Below the pieces are notes generated by a model that did not search any database, was not told where the DNA came from, and worked only from the letters and a program-made list of their open reading frames with translations. The position numbers and the translations under genes were made by a program. From Octopus vulgaris (lineage: Eukaryota), in contig OX597831.1 in NCBI GenBank assembly GCA_951406725.2, forward strand, positions 80,600,001 to 80,664,000: a stretch of DNA of 64,000 nucleotides. The letters are read 5' to 3'. Shown here piece by piece: positions 50,838 to 64,000 of the stretch (position 1 is its first letter; every line of letters starts with the position of its first letter).

Positions 50838-51609
50838 CTCGAATATGAAGTGCAATTTATTTGCACTTCATATTCGAGGCTGTGCTGAAGCTATAAGATG
50901 TTAGAAGGCCTTCTTCCCCACTCATTGGAAGTACAATCCACCCGACGAGCTGCTATGCTTTGGTCGGTCAACATGTTGTTTGAAGTAAAAAAAATACTTT
51001 CCCAAGATGTCACGGCAAGGGATCGAAATCGGGACTTCATGATTATGAAACCGTCATGGGTGCATTCACAAACTGTGTCGTTCCGTTTTCTTGAACATTC
51101 TATGGCGTGTGATTCGTTGGAGATTTAGTTATTACTTATAGCAAATCGAGTGAGGAACTTGCCCAAAATTCCACGCTACAGGATCGAAATTGTGACCTCA
51201 TGATTCCGAAGTTGTCCTTCCGCTTTCTAAGACTGTAGGGGCTGTGTTTTACTGGAGATTTGGCTGTTATTTCTAGCAGGTCGAGTGACCGCGTACAGAC
51301 CGTGCCGTTTTTCGTTTGGCCTCCATCTGTGAATAGATTCAGTAAATTCCAGCATGGGCGGTGTAGCTCAGAACTGAGAGTAGTGTTTCTGAGAGCTCAC
51401 GTTGTTGAGCAAGTTCTTCAGTCATCCACCGGTGACCTTCCTTATCATAAGCCAGGGTCATAGCATTAATTACTGACATCAACGACCTATCGTCACAAGT
51501 GAGAGCATACTTCGTTATTTAACCCTTGGATATCCCTGATCGAGCACACCTATAAATCAAAAGCATTCCATCCGTGACCATCCCGTCTTTTTTTTCGCAA
51601 CACCTAGAT

Positions 51610-51937
51610 CAGTGGTTCTCAGCCGGGGGTTCATATGACCTTTGGGGGTCCGTATTAGATTTTGCCGTTAAAGTCTATGCGTCGTAAGTTTTATTTCTTC
51701 AATACACGAAATATTGTAACATTTTTTTAAAATACAATTCCCTAATATTTAATTATCCTTTCTACAATAGGCAGAAGGCCTGGGATTTGAGGGGAGGGGT
51801 ACAGTCGATCACAAATGATATTTAATCATAAAAATATAAAAGGATTTTTAAAACATCGAGTGGTTAATGAGTGTCTACCGAAATAAAAGAGGAATCGAAA
51901 GGGGTCTGTAGGTAAAAAAAAATGGTTGGGCACCATT
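51610..51937. mobile_element. hAT/Charlie-like MITE
   Basis: cagtggttctcagcc...ggttgggcaccatt termini. A related end is present in reverse at ~15640-15696. Confidence 0.6.
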
Positions 51938-53679
51938 AACCCAGAACTGCGTTATCGAATACTTTCTCTCTTCTCCACTCTCCCGCTCACTTTCCTTTTA
52001 TTTCAAAGACAGAAGAAGGATGTAGCTGCTATTTCTAACAGAGAAAGCGACCGCGTTGTAGTTCTCCCGTTGATTCCAAGCGAGAACATGGATGTTCTTG
52101 CCGCATGTGTATACTCTACCCACGCATATTACTGGCTATTTATTTATTTATTTTGTCGCGCCCAGTTAGACGGAAAGGGCCTCCGTAAAACTTGAACCCA
52201 GAGCATAATTGTCTGTGAGATATTTAATCTGAGCGTCGAATCGTTGCAACAGTCCATCGTGGTTGCGGGGCTTTCTGTGAAAACCTATCCGAATTGCTAG
52301 AAAGAGTAACGATGTGGTCCTCCTCAAATTTGTTGTCTTAAACCCAGAAAGAACACATTTAGTAACTGGTGAATGTACACACATACACACACACACGATC
52401 GCGAGACGCCTTATTTATAAGCTTTGCTCAAAGAGAGCTAGCTAGCCTCGGGTTAAACAATAACAGCCAGCCACAATCCAGGTGGTGGTGGTGATAATTC
52501 TTATGGTGTTGCTAATGATGATGTTGATGCTGATGATGATAAGACAAAAGCGGTGATGTTGGTGATGGTTACCGCTGTAAAGCCCTTCCCCCAATCAGTC
52601 AGCTCTACTCGAACGCACCAGTGATCAAAGGCGTTCCAGCCACGACCACCCTCACTCTGTTTATCTATCTTAGGACTACTACATTGTCCAAATGCTTTCT
52701 TCTCTTTTCTAAATTAGCATATTGCGATCTGGAATAGATCTGACTGCTATTTCTAGCAGGTTGAGTTGAGCGACTGCATAAAGGCACCTTGGTTGATGTA
52801 TTAGTAGTAATAGTGGTCGAAGCAGCAGCAACTGTGGTGGTAGTAGTAGTAGTTCTTGTTCATTAGCTCCAGGTGAGGTCTGAATTAGCAAACCATAACC
52901 ATTTTTTTTGTCGAGGGCGTTCCAGTTATGACCATCGCATCGAGTTTTCAGACATAGTTTCTATTTCTTACGTTATCTCAATGTGATTTGGTAGATGACA
53001 CCCGTCACTCTCTCCCCTTACGCGTATCACAAGGGCTGTTGGTGTTACTCAACCCCAGACCAGCCCCTAAAGAGCAAACACACCCACATCATTTTCTGTA
53101 CCCGGCACCGCTTTATCTCTTCCTTCTTTCATTTCTAAAGACGGTAGGAAGGAGTGAGTGTAAATATGATGGGAGATTAGGGTGCTATTTCTAGCGGCTT
53201 GAGTGACTGCGTAATGGTCCAGTAGTAGGGATGGCTTGAGTAAAAATAGTAGTAGTAGAAGTATAATTCCAATATTGAAATTTGTCTACTTTGGTGTGTG
53301 TGATTTGTATATATATATATATGTGTGTGTGTCTGAACGTATATAGGAATGTATGTGCGTACGCGTGTGTGTGCGTGTGTGTATTTATATGTATGTGTAA
53401 CGTTGTTTAGCCCGAAGCCAATTTTGACGTATTAGTCAATGATAACTTTTTTTTTAAATGTTCCAGCCGTGACCATACCATCTTTTACCCAGCCATCACG
53501 TATCCAATACTACACTATTCAATGAATTCTCAAAGCGCAGTTTGTTTCAGATGACAAGTTAGGGTTTTAAGGAAATTTGGCAACTATTTCTAGCATTTCA
53601 AGCGACCGCCTGAAGACACCCATTTTGGTCTCACATGGACCGTTAGAATTGCGTTTGTGTGTGTGTGGATGTTTATATG

Positions 53680-53724
<45 letters not shown>

Positions 53725-53725
<1 letters not shown>

Positions 53726-53807
53726 TTTATTTTAAGCAGCAGAAAATTCAGCAAAATCTGTTACTCTGAGTTTCTCGTTGCCGTTCATCAGACAGTTTTT
53801 GCTAGAA

Positions 53808-53808
<1 letters not shown>
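53725..53808 (-). mobile_element. Solo arm of HHR family H1 in (TA)n
   Basis: Single arm containing the HHR at 53758-53795 (-). Confidence 0.85.
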
Positions 53809-53838
<30 letters not shown>

Positions 53839-54571
53839 GTGTGTGTGTGTGTGTACGTAGATACACACTTGCATATATGTCTGTGTATCTACATGTGTGT
53901 GTGTAAATGTGTTAATAGATATTTCTGTACATAGATAATATATGTGTATTTTCACGTATCCATGTGTGTTCGTTGGGCACATCTTTGATGATGGAGATGA
54001 TGATGTTGATAATCTTTGCGCAGTTGGGATAATCTCGTGTGTGTGTGTGTGTGTGTTGTTTGCAGTGCGTAATTTTGTGGGTTTAAATATTAAGAAACGC
54101 GATGATGTGTATTGATGAAGTCTTTACACACGTCTACTAATTAAGGCTTATGTGTGTGTGTGTCTTTGATGTGTAATAATAATGCGTGTATATTATTAAA
54201 TTAGCCCCCAACTCAAGTTTGATCGAGTGGGACTCATGCTCTGAGGCCCTCCTGCTGTGACCATCTCTCTTTAACGTGTTCTTCCTTTTTGTAAAACGCT
54301 GGAGCTTAGATGTTAAAGGAATTTGATTGCTATTTCTAGCATATCGAGCGACCACATCGAGTCTCCTACGTGTATATTCAGCAATAAGTGTGTGCACGTG
54401 TAACTATCTATAGTATGTGTTACTGTTTAAACACTGTATCCTTTACCGTTTATTTTATCTGTTACTGGTTTCAGTCATTGGACTGCGACCATGCTGGTGG
54501 GGGGGGGACCCTTTGCAAGATTTTAGTCCAACAAATCGACCGCAGTACTTAATTAAAAACAAAAACCTAGT

Positions 54572-55070
54572 CATCATCATCATTGTTCGACCGTGGTCGA
54601 GACAATGGAATTTACCATGCTACGCCAGACTTCACGGTCCATCATGGCATTACGGAGGTCCTGTTGCTGGATGCCTGTATCCCTGGAGATTACATCAGGG
54701 TAGGAGAGTGTCTGTCCTCTGGTATCGCGAGCAGATGGCTTCCAGAGGAGAAGAGTAGAAATTACCCCGTTTTCAGCTCTACAACAATGTCCAGCAAACT
54801 GGACTCTCCTACCTTTCACAAGAGATGACACAGGTGGTAGTTTCCCATATATTTGTACTTTGGCTGGATGGCGCTTCCACGAGAGATTTTGAGCTCTCAT
54901 AAGGAGGCGAGTGTAGGTTCCATCCAACCGCCTCTCAAGCTTCTTTGATAATGTCCAGGTTTCTGAGCCATATAGTAGAATTGGTTCGACTGTGGCTTTG
55001 AAGATTTCAAGTTTGAAGTCTCTACTTAGATTTGATGACCAGATCTTATGCATGTCATTACAGGCTGACT
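54572..55070 (-). mobile_element. RTE-clade LINE 3' fragment with open frame and (TGA)n tail
   Basis: KIWSSNLSRDFKLEIFKATVEPILLYGSETWTL...RRVQFAGHC...DREVWR. Confidence 0.9.
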
Positions 55071-55609
55071 AGTAGTTAGTTTATCGGTTCTACCGTTAAG
55101 TTACAGAGACATAAAGAAACCAACACCGGTTGACAAACGGTAATGGGGGACAAACATGCACACACACAAATATATACAGCAGACTTTTTTCCATTCTCCA
55201 TCGACCAAATCCACTCCCAGGGCTTTGCTGGTCTTCGTGTTGTAGTCGACGCTAAAGACACTTGCCCAAGGTGCCGCCGTATCTATCATCCATATGTTTA
55301 TTAAAAATGCGGGTTTATTTGCATTTTGTAATGAATAGGTTTAATAATAAGGTGTGTAGGTATGTGTGTGTGTGCGTCTATTTATAAGCGTGTAACTGCG
55401 TGTGTATGTGTGTGTGCGCGTGTGTTTATCCTTTACTCATTAGTTATGAATGAATGAATGAACGAGGAAAGGGTAGTCGAGGCTGACTGGAGGGGGAGGA
55501 TGAGGAGTAATATATATAGAGAGAGAGGGGGGAGACAAAAGGCAATCAACGATGATTTCATTTGTTGTTCTGACGTCACTCGTAAGCATCGACCAATAAA
55601 ACCTCTCTT

Positions 55610-56790
55610 TCCTTTTCTCTCTCCTCCGTCTTATTCGTTCTCCCTTCTCCATCTTTCTCTTCCCCCTCTAGCTTGACCCCCTTCACTTTTTCTCTCTCTC
55701 TCTCTCTTTTACCCTCACTTATTTTTGTTTTCCCTCTTTTTCTTCTAACTATTTTTCTTTTTCTGTCTCTCTTTCTTTACTCTCTCTCTCTTTACTCACT
55801 CTCTCTTTTTCTCTACTCTCTCTCTGTCTTTACTCTCTCTATTTTCTTCCTTTCCTACTTTCTTTAATTTCCCTCTCACTCTTTCTCTCTTTTACCTCAC
55901 TTTTTGTTCTCCCTCTAACCCTTCCTCTCACCCATCTCGCTCTTTCTTTCTCTCCTCCCTTTCACTATTTCTGTCTTCTCCCTTCTAATCCCGGCCCCTT
56001 CTGTTTTTCTCTCTTTCCCTTCTCCTCTCACTCTTTTCCTTCCCACTCTCTCCACACACACCTACACACTCCCCCCCTTCACACCTACGCACGCACATAG
56101 TGATCCTCTTCATGGTCATGTCACTTACTAGAAATAACAGCCAAATCTTTCTGAAATCATATTCTACTGTCTTAAAAAAACAACACAGCTCCCCACCCCG
56201 CCCCACAAAAACCGCCAAAGTTGATAACGTAGTCTTAGACAAAGTAAGCCTGAAAACGGACGGTGGGGATGGTCACGGCTGGATCGTCTTTGATTATAGA
56301 TTTACTCAATCAGAGCTGACCTGGAGGTCAACTGCACAGACAGACATTCTTATTTCTCTTTCTATATATTCTCTCTTTTTTCCAGCCTTTCACTCACTTT
56401 CCCTCTTTCTCTCATACTTTTAGTCTTTCAATCTCTATTCTTTCTTTCTCTGTCTCTTTCTCCTCTCACATTCTCGCTTTCTCTCTCTCTTTCTCCTCTC
56501 ACATTCTCGTTTTCTCTCTCTCTCTCTGTCACTCTCCCTCTTTTCTTTTTCTCATTCTCCTTTTTCTCTCTCTTTCCTCTCACATTATTCTCGTTTTCTT
56601 TCTCTCCCTCTCCTCTTTCTCTCCCTCTCCTCTTTCTCTCCCTCTCCTCTTTCTCCCTCTCTCTCTCTCTCTCTCTCTCTTTCCTCTCACATTATTCCCT
56701 TTCTCTCTCTGCTTCTTTCTCTTTCCCTCTATCCGTTAGTCTTTTCCCTCTTATTCTTCCTTTCCTCTTTCTTCTCATCTAATCCCTCCC
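55610..56790. repeat. (CT)n-rich low-complexity field
   Basis: Directly visible. Confidence 0.9.
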
Positions 56791-59018
56791 CCCTCCACAC
56801 CTGATCAAAACCGAACCAAACAATGCCATTACACATCGCTTTACCGATATTCTTTCCCGTCGCTAAGCAAGCGTCATCGCAGAGAAAACGAAATTGAGGA
56901 GGAGTCGGATTCGGGCTTGGGTCGGATCCTTTCATTGAAACCGCTAATGTCCTTCTCAAAAAGGGCCATAGATGATGTCACAATATCCTGTTTCTTTATC
57001 CGCCCCTGGGAACACAACTTGTAAACGACAAGCAAATCACGAAGCACAACTTTGGCTGTGATCAAAGTGTGTTTCTGTTGTTGGATTGTGGCCATGCTGG
57101 GGCACCACATGAAAAGAGTTAGCTGATTGAATTTTTGATCCAGTCCTTTTCTTTTTTTGTTAAATTCTGGTATGTAGGCTCAATCAGGAGGATGTAAACA
57201 AAACAACACCATGTGTGAAGTAGTGAGAAACAAGCATAAAGACACATGCATACACACCCTTACACCCCCCCCACACACACACTCTCTCATACACATGCAT
57301 AGAGAGAGAGAGAGAGAGAGAGAGATACATGTAAATGCCTCAGGTTTCCACCCAATTTCTGAGCACCAAATTTACAATGAAAACTTTGCTCAGCCCTCGG
57401 CTATAGGAAAAGATACTTGCACAAGGAGCTGTGCAGTGGGACCGAACCTGAAGGCTTGTGGTTCCCAAGTGATCTTCCTGATCTACAGCCATACCTGTGC
57501 CTTGTCCACTGCCAACATTTTAAACGCTATCCCAAGCATTCAAACTGGCCATATCAAGCCCAAATATTCTAGTTTTATCCTCAAACCAACCAGATTCAGC
57601 CTCTCACACCTACCCTGCAATGTCATTCTAAAGATAAAAAGTCACATCATTGAAATCTTGAAGCTACAAGATTATGCAGGATTAATACAAAATGCTGTGA
57701 ATAAGTATTACATTTGTCAGAGTAATGGGTAAAGAGTGAAGGTGCATAGCTCAGTGGTTAGAGCACCAGGCTCACAATCCTGAGGTAGTGAGTTCAATTC
57801 TCGGACCATGCTGTGTGTTATGTTCTTGAGCAAGACACTTTATTTCATGTTGCTCAAGTTCATTCAGCTGTAGAAATGGGTTGTGACATCATAGGTGCCA
57901 AGCTTTCTCTTGGCTGGCATGGGGAGGGGTGGCTGGTGTGCATGGGTGACTGCTGGTCTTCCATAAACAATCTTGCCTGGACATCGTGCCTTCGAGGGGA
58001 ACTTTCTAGCTGCAATCCCATGGTCATTCATAACTGAAGGGTGTCTTGTATATATCCAAGGGTAACTTTCTAGGTGCAATCTCTGATCTTGTCTGATCCT
58101 CTGTGGATCAGGTATGAGGGCACCTGCCATCACACCATGTTGCTGCATCCACCATTTGCCAGTCTTTTCTTGGGCCATTCTGGCAAGCATCCCAAGTTGG
58201 TCAGTCAGTGCCCGTCTCTACAGGACACTTCCTCATCCACCACGACCATGAGGCACATGGCTGACCAACACGAGCCACTGCCCCAGCTGGATCCTCAAAG
58301 AAAAGAACATGACATACAGAACCCAACTCGGGAATTCAAACAACATGACTGAACAGTCTGAGCTGAGAACACTTACAAATCCTACAAGTAACAGGACTCA
58401 CCCCAGTTTCTGAGAATAGTTGCTATTTGGATATGAAATTCAATGGTAACCGATATTCCTGCAAAGCATCCTGGTACCAAAAGAATTCAGTGTAAAACGC
58501 TTCATTTCACATTGCCCCAATCCTCTCAGCTGAAGATGGAGTTACACTGTGATTGACTGGTGACGTATTTGGAGGGGTGTGTCATGATCTTGCTTAATTA
58601 TATGCCATAGACCTGTCTAGCTAACTGGCTGGGTGGCATCATTTGAAAGCTGCAAAGAAGTGCATTGTGATCAGTGGTGTATAACATCTGGTACTCTAGT
58701 TGATGCAGTGATATATTTGTGTGCGTGTGTCTCCACTGCCATTTGACAGCCTGTGTTGGTTTGTTTATGTTTCTGTGACAGTTTGGTGAACAGAAACTGG
58801 TACCAGACTTTAATAACAAAAATTTTTTAAAAATTAAAAAAAAAAAATGAATATGCGCAGGAGTGGCTGTGCGGTAAATAGCTTGCTAACCAACCACATG
58901 GTTCCAGGTTCAGTCCCACTGTGTGGCACCTTGGGCAAGTGTCTTCTACTATAGCCTCGGGCTGACCAAAGCCCTGTGAGTGGATTTTGTAGACGGAAAC
59001 TGAAAGAAGCCCATCGTA

Positions 59019-59056
<38 letters not shown>

Positions 59057-59163
59057 GAAATTCGGGGTGAGTACTTGATAATTGTAAGCACCTGTATATA
59101 CCGTTTGGTGGTGTAGGTGGTGGAGTAAATTAATCAAAATAAAAACATGATGCCCAGGATTCA

Positions 59164-59241
59164 GCGGTACATATGTTTCGGGCCTTTATTAGACGGATTT
59201 ATAACAATGCATAATGTGCGTCTGTGGCCTTCTTCAGCCGC
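59164..59241 (-). ncRNA. Type I hammerhead ribozyme motif (H2)
   Basis: Reverse complement of 59386-59463. Confidence 0.75.
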
Positions 59242-59385
59242 GCACAACTACTTCTTCAAGGACATGTATTACATCAAAAATTCTTGGTTGGGGATGCAAA
59301 TCCTCTCATTCGCGGACGACGTAATGCGGCAACAGCATAAAAATGAAGTGTCCATCTCGTTCTTCTCTCAAAGAAGTAGTTGTGC

Positions 59386-59463
59386 GCGGCTGAAGAAGGC
59401 CACAGACGCACATTATGCATTGTTATAAATCCGTCTAATAAAGGCCCGAAACATATGTACCGC
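59386..59463 (+). ncRNA. Type I hammerhead ribozyme motif (H2)
   Basis: gcgg CTGAAGA a ggcc (agacg...cgtct extension) ggcc c GAAA catatg TA ccgc. Intact core, palindromic stem III, GUA triplet. Confidence 0.75.
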
Positions 59464-59499
59464 TGAATCCTTGGCATCATGTTTTTATTTTGATTAATT

Positions 59500-59546
<47 letters not shown>

Positions 59547-60122
59547 ATATGTTTGTGTGTCTGTTTGTCCCCCCCAACATTGCTTGACAACCGATGCTGG
59601 TGTGTTTAGGTCCCTGTAACTTAGCGGTTCAGCAAAAGAGACCAATAGAATAAGTACTAGGCTAACAAAGAATAAGTCCTGGGTTCAATTTGATTCGACT
59701 AAAGGTGGTGCTCCAGCATGGCTGCAGTCAAATGACTGAAACAAGTAAAAAAGAAAATACTAGGGTAGATTTGTTTGACTAAACCCTTCATGGCAATGCC
59801 CCAGCATGGCCGCAGTTCAAAGACTGAAACAAGTAGAAGAAAAAAAAATGTTATTGGGAGTCTGAGGGTTGGGGCTACGACAAGAGGAGAAGGGGCCGAG
59901 TAAGTTAATGCCAAGAGGGTTTTTGGGGAGTTTTATACTGTTGTAGAAATGGACAAAGCAAACGCCACAAAGGTGGCGACGGTGGTGGTGGTGGGGAGCT
60001 TTATTAGTAGACAATGTGGGGGATGGGGTGGGGGTTGTGGATCAGGTGTTGGCTGAATGTGTTTGTGGGGGTGGGGAGAATTTAGTATTTCAGGGCTAAT
60101 TCATTTTATTTCCATTAGATAT

Positions 60123-60938
60123 TGTGTGTGTGTGTGTGTGTGTGTGTGCGCGTGTTGATATGTATTTGTATATTGTGGTATGTTTGTGTCTGCGCATATG
60201 TTTATATTTTTTAGTGTATGTCTGCATGTGTGTGTGTGTGTGCATATGTGCATATCTTTGTGTGTGCATATATATGTGTGTGTGTGTATACATATATATA
60301 TATATGTGTGTGTGTGTGTGTCTATTTTTGTTGTGTTGTGTATGCATACAGGTGTTTGTGCACATATGGTTGTTTTTACGCATGTGTGGGTGCTAGTGTG
60401 TATGTGTATGCATACGTGTGTGTGTGCGCATATGTATGTGTGCAGATGTATGTTAGTGTGTATGCATATTTAGTGTATGTGTATGTATATGTTTTTATGC
60501 ATGTGTGGGTGTTAGTGTGTATGCATACGTGTGTGTATGTGTGTTCATATGTATGCGTATATGCATAAAAATGTGTGTGTGTATATATATATGTTGTTTT
60601 TATGCATGTGTGGGTGTTAGTGTGTATGTGTATGCATATGTGCATGTATGTGTGTGCATGTGTATGCGTATATGCATATGTGTGTGTATATATATACATG
60701 TATGTGTATGTCTATTTTTGTATACGTGTACCTGTTTGCACGTGTGTTAGTATTCGTGTGGGTGTTTGTGTGTGTATATATGTGTAGGCTTATATATGTA
60801 TGCGCATATCTGTCTTTGTGTGTGTATGCATAGGGTTGCTCTTTGTCTATGCATGTGTTTGCAGGGAAAAAAATGCATGTTTTTCTGTGTATGTCTTTGT
60901 TTGCATATTCATGCAATTTGTGCATGTGTGTGCTTGCA

Positions 60939-60972
<34 letters not shown>

Positions 60973-60975
60973 TGA
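60123..60975. repeat. Degenerate (TG)/(TATG) microsatellite field
   Basis: Directly visible. Confidence 0.95.
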
Positions 60976-61962
60976 ATGCTGGCACTCTGTTGGTCATGAC
61001 AGTGATCGTTCCAGTAGATCCAATGGATGGAACAGCCTGCTCAGAAGACAGTGGGGCGTGGGGGGTGGGGTTGTGGGTTACCGTATTCAGCTTGCGTTTT
61101 GTCCTTAAACAAGACGCTTTATTTCACATTGCTCCAGTCCACCCAGCTGGCAAAAAAAAAAAAAAAAAAACCCAGCTGTACCTGTAATTTCAAAGGGGAC
61201 CAGCCTTGTCACATTCTGTGTCACACCGAATCACCTTGAGAACTACGTTAAGGGTGCACGTGTCTGTGGAGTGCTCAGCCATTTTCCCATTAATTTCCCG
61301 AGCAGGCTGTTCCAGTCCGTCGAGTCAAGTGGAACACTCATTGCGAGCGAGAGTGCCAGTGTGCATACGCATGTTTGCATATATGCATTTGTTGTGTATA
61401 GATATGGATCTGTGTGTGTGTGTGTATGTGTGTGTGTGTTTTCTTATATATGTATGTGTTATTGTAGCGTAGCCCGTGTCAACCTTGGTTGAGTACACCT
61501 ATGAGATCAAAGATATTCCAAGCATGACTATACAATCTTTTTGTTTTTTAGGAAGTGTTTGTGTGTGTGTGTATGTATGTGTGTGTGCGTGTGTGTGTCT
61601 AAGATTTCATTATCTGATGTGTCCCTCCCTATTTAAGCGAGTGGGAATATTGAACTGAGGGGTATTTGGCTGCTGTTTCTAGCATGCAGATTGACCGCAC
61701 AGAGCTACCTTCTGTTTGCATGGTTGGATGAATCTGTGTTACTAAATGAACAGGTATGTGATAGTGACGGTGAGGGATGTTGAGCCTTTATGCGTGTGCA
61801 GTGTGTGTGTGTGTGTGTGATAACTCAAGCACACATTTTGCGCAACAAAATAATTGGAAAATGAAATTCTTGCTTTCATTTATGCACAAGAACACGGGAG
61901 TATAGGCACAAGTACACACACACACACAGGCACACACAAGCACACACACACAGGCACACACA

Positions 61963-62057
<95 letters not shown>

Positions 62058-62958
62058 ACACACAGACACACAGGCATCCATCTAAATACACATGGGCTAA
62101 CCAGCTAGATATGATAACCAAGATAGGTATGTAGGTGGATAGAAAGGTAGGTGGATAGATACACAGATAGAGAGGTGGATAGGCGTGGCTGTGTGGTAAA
62201 AAGCTTGCTCCCCAACCACATGGTTCTGGGTTCAGTCCCACTGCATAGCACCTTGGGTATGTGTCTTTTACAATAGCCTCAGGCTGACCAAAGCCTTGTG
62301 AGTGGATTTGGTAGATGGAAACTGAAAGAAGCCCATCGTATATTTATGCATGCATTTACGTGTGTGTCTGCATTTGTTCCACCAGAATTGTTTGTCAAGT
62401 TACAGGGACGGTGCTGGTGTGTTTATGTCCCTGTAACTTAGCAGTTTGGCAAAAGATAGAATAAGTACTAGGCTTACAAGGAATAAGTCCTGGGGTCAAT
62501 TTCTTTGACTAAAACTCCTGAAATGACTGAAACAAATAAAAGTATAAAAGAATTTATGTACATATGTATATATTTTCCCCAACTTGATGGGCATAAAACA
62601 ACATGACAGCCTAAACTCAGGACTTTTAGCGAGACACCACTTTATGTATGGCTGTACCTGATGTGACCCAAACTGCAAAATGGATGCTCCACAACATGTT
62701 GAATGGAGTGACTCACTCATAAGGGACAGTAGCAGGAGGGGTTGAAATTATTGTTGTATAAAATAAGGATTAATACCAAATCCATCTTCTGGTTACTTAA
62801 TTACCACTATCTCAACTAACACTGTGGAATTCCTGAAGTAGATCCAATGGAAATACATCCCAACTGCTGATGACACCAGGTAGCCCCAAACTGTGCCAGT
62901 GTGCCACTCAACACTTCAACACACTATTCAACATTTACCCATTAGTCCATAATATTAA

Positions 62959-63005
<47 letters not shown>

Positions 63006-63020
63006 TATATATGTATACAT

Positions 63021-63410
63021 CAGAGGCACAGTGGCCCAGTGGTTAGGACAGTAGGCTTGTGGTCGTAGGATCACGGTTTTGATTCCCAGACCGGCCATTG
63101 TGAGTATTTATTGAGTGAAAACACCTAAAGCTCCAAGAGGCTCTGGCAGGGGGTGGTGGTGCCGAACCCTGCTGTACTCTTTCACCACAACTTTCTCTCA
63201 CTCTTACTTCCTGTTTCTGTTGTACCTGTATTTCAAAGGGCCACCCTTGTCACACTCTGTGTCACGCTGAATCTCCCTGAGAACTACATTAAGGCTATAC
63301 GTGTCTGTGAAGCGCTCAGCCATTTGCACATTAATTTCACGAGCAAGCCGTTCCGTTGATTGGATCAAGTGGAACCTCATCATCGCAACCGATGGAGTGC
63401 CACGACAACG
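63021..63410 (+). mobile_element. SINE family D, near full length
   Basis: tRNA-like head gtggcccagtggttagg...ggttttgattccc; body shared with 745-930 and 61100-61345. Confidence 0.75.
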
Positions 63411-63413
63411 ATA

Positions 63414-63770
<357 letters not shown>

Positions 63771-64000
63771 ATGTATGTATGTATGTATGTATATGTATAT
63801 ATATATATATGTATGTATATATCAGTCGAGACTCCGGCACTTGGGCTGTTGGACTTATCCTGAATATAAATTTAGTAAAAGGAACCTGTATTTTTCAAGC
63901 TGATTTCATTTCTGCCAACACTGACTTCAAGAATGGAATTGCAGCCAATAACTCGGGCTCCTTTTATTAATCCTAGTTGTTGTTCATTTATTTTCGTTTG

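Larger units (their letters stand above)
51250..56340. repeat. Cluster of old interspersed repeat family E fragments
   Basis: Recurring tttggctgctatttctagcaggtcgagcgacc and ttccagccgtgaccatcc motifs (e.g. 51260, 52740, 53180, 53580, 54330, 56130). Also at 21640-21815, 38320 and 61470-61710. Confidence 0.7.
59055..59501. mobile_element. HHR mini-element family H2: 131-bp inverted arms, 114-bp spacer, one-sided tail, inside the (TA)n of a SINE A
   Basis: Arms 59126-59256 / 59371-59501 with one mismatch. The host SINE A is split into 58852-59020 and 59545-59755. Confidence 0.9.

Noticed and set aside
56800-57110. Unique, more GC-rich stretch that might be an exon
   Set aside because: No recognisable domain, short frames on both strands, and no clear splice pair.
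58100-58350. Possible decayed RTE-like 3' end on the minus strand
   Set aside because: Only a faint resemblance by eye (EDPAG...VDAAT); too degraded to list as a feature.
59147-59480. Two ORFs with identical N-termini on opposite strands (MMPRIQRY...)
   Set aside because: A direct consequence of the inverted arms of element H2. The same applies to MNGNEKLRV in H1.
62830-62905. ctgaagt..gaaa and ctgatga..caaa hammerhead-like words
   Set aside because: Core mismatches and no stem I or II pairing; could be chance.

Overview
Eukaryotic, AT-rich and very repeat-dense DNA with no host gene I can support. The SINE families and the saturation with (TA)n, (CA)n, (GA)n, (TAT)n and (TCTG)n microsatellites resemble cephalopod (Octopus-like) intergenic or intronic DNA; this assignment is an inference. 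Nearly all ORFs in the track are microsatellite or SINE artefacts. Real coding remnants are all from transposons: a young, 5'-truncated Penelope-like retroelement (PLE; RT plus C-terminal GIY-YIG, ~10695-13965, minus), two older PLE relics, a full-length decayed mariner, other Tc1/mariner pieces, and RTE and L1/Tx1-like LINE fragments. There are also hAT/Tc1 MITEs and a non-autonomous Helitron. The most notable signal is a set of at least four unrelated families of short non-coding elements, plus decayed motifs. They sit in (TA)n tracts and carry minimal type I hammerhead ribozyme (HHR) motifs with palindromic stem III. Several are inverted pairs that put an HHR on each strand (22065-22293, 44727-45003, 59055-59501), and two families have non-canonical cores. 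The PLE has a decayed HHR of the same design at its 3' end, which suggests a PLE-driven system of ribozyme-bearing mini-elements. Other oddities: a terminally redundant, circularly permuted ~19 kb segment, a LINE and a SINE sharing a 3' tail, and an orphan tRNA-like unit.
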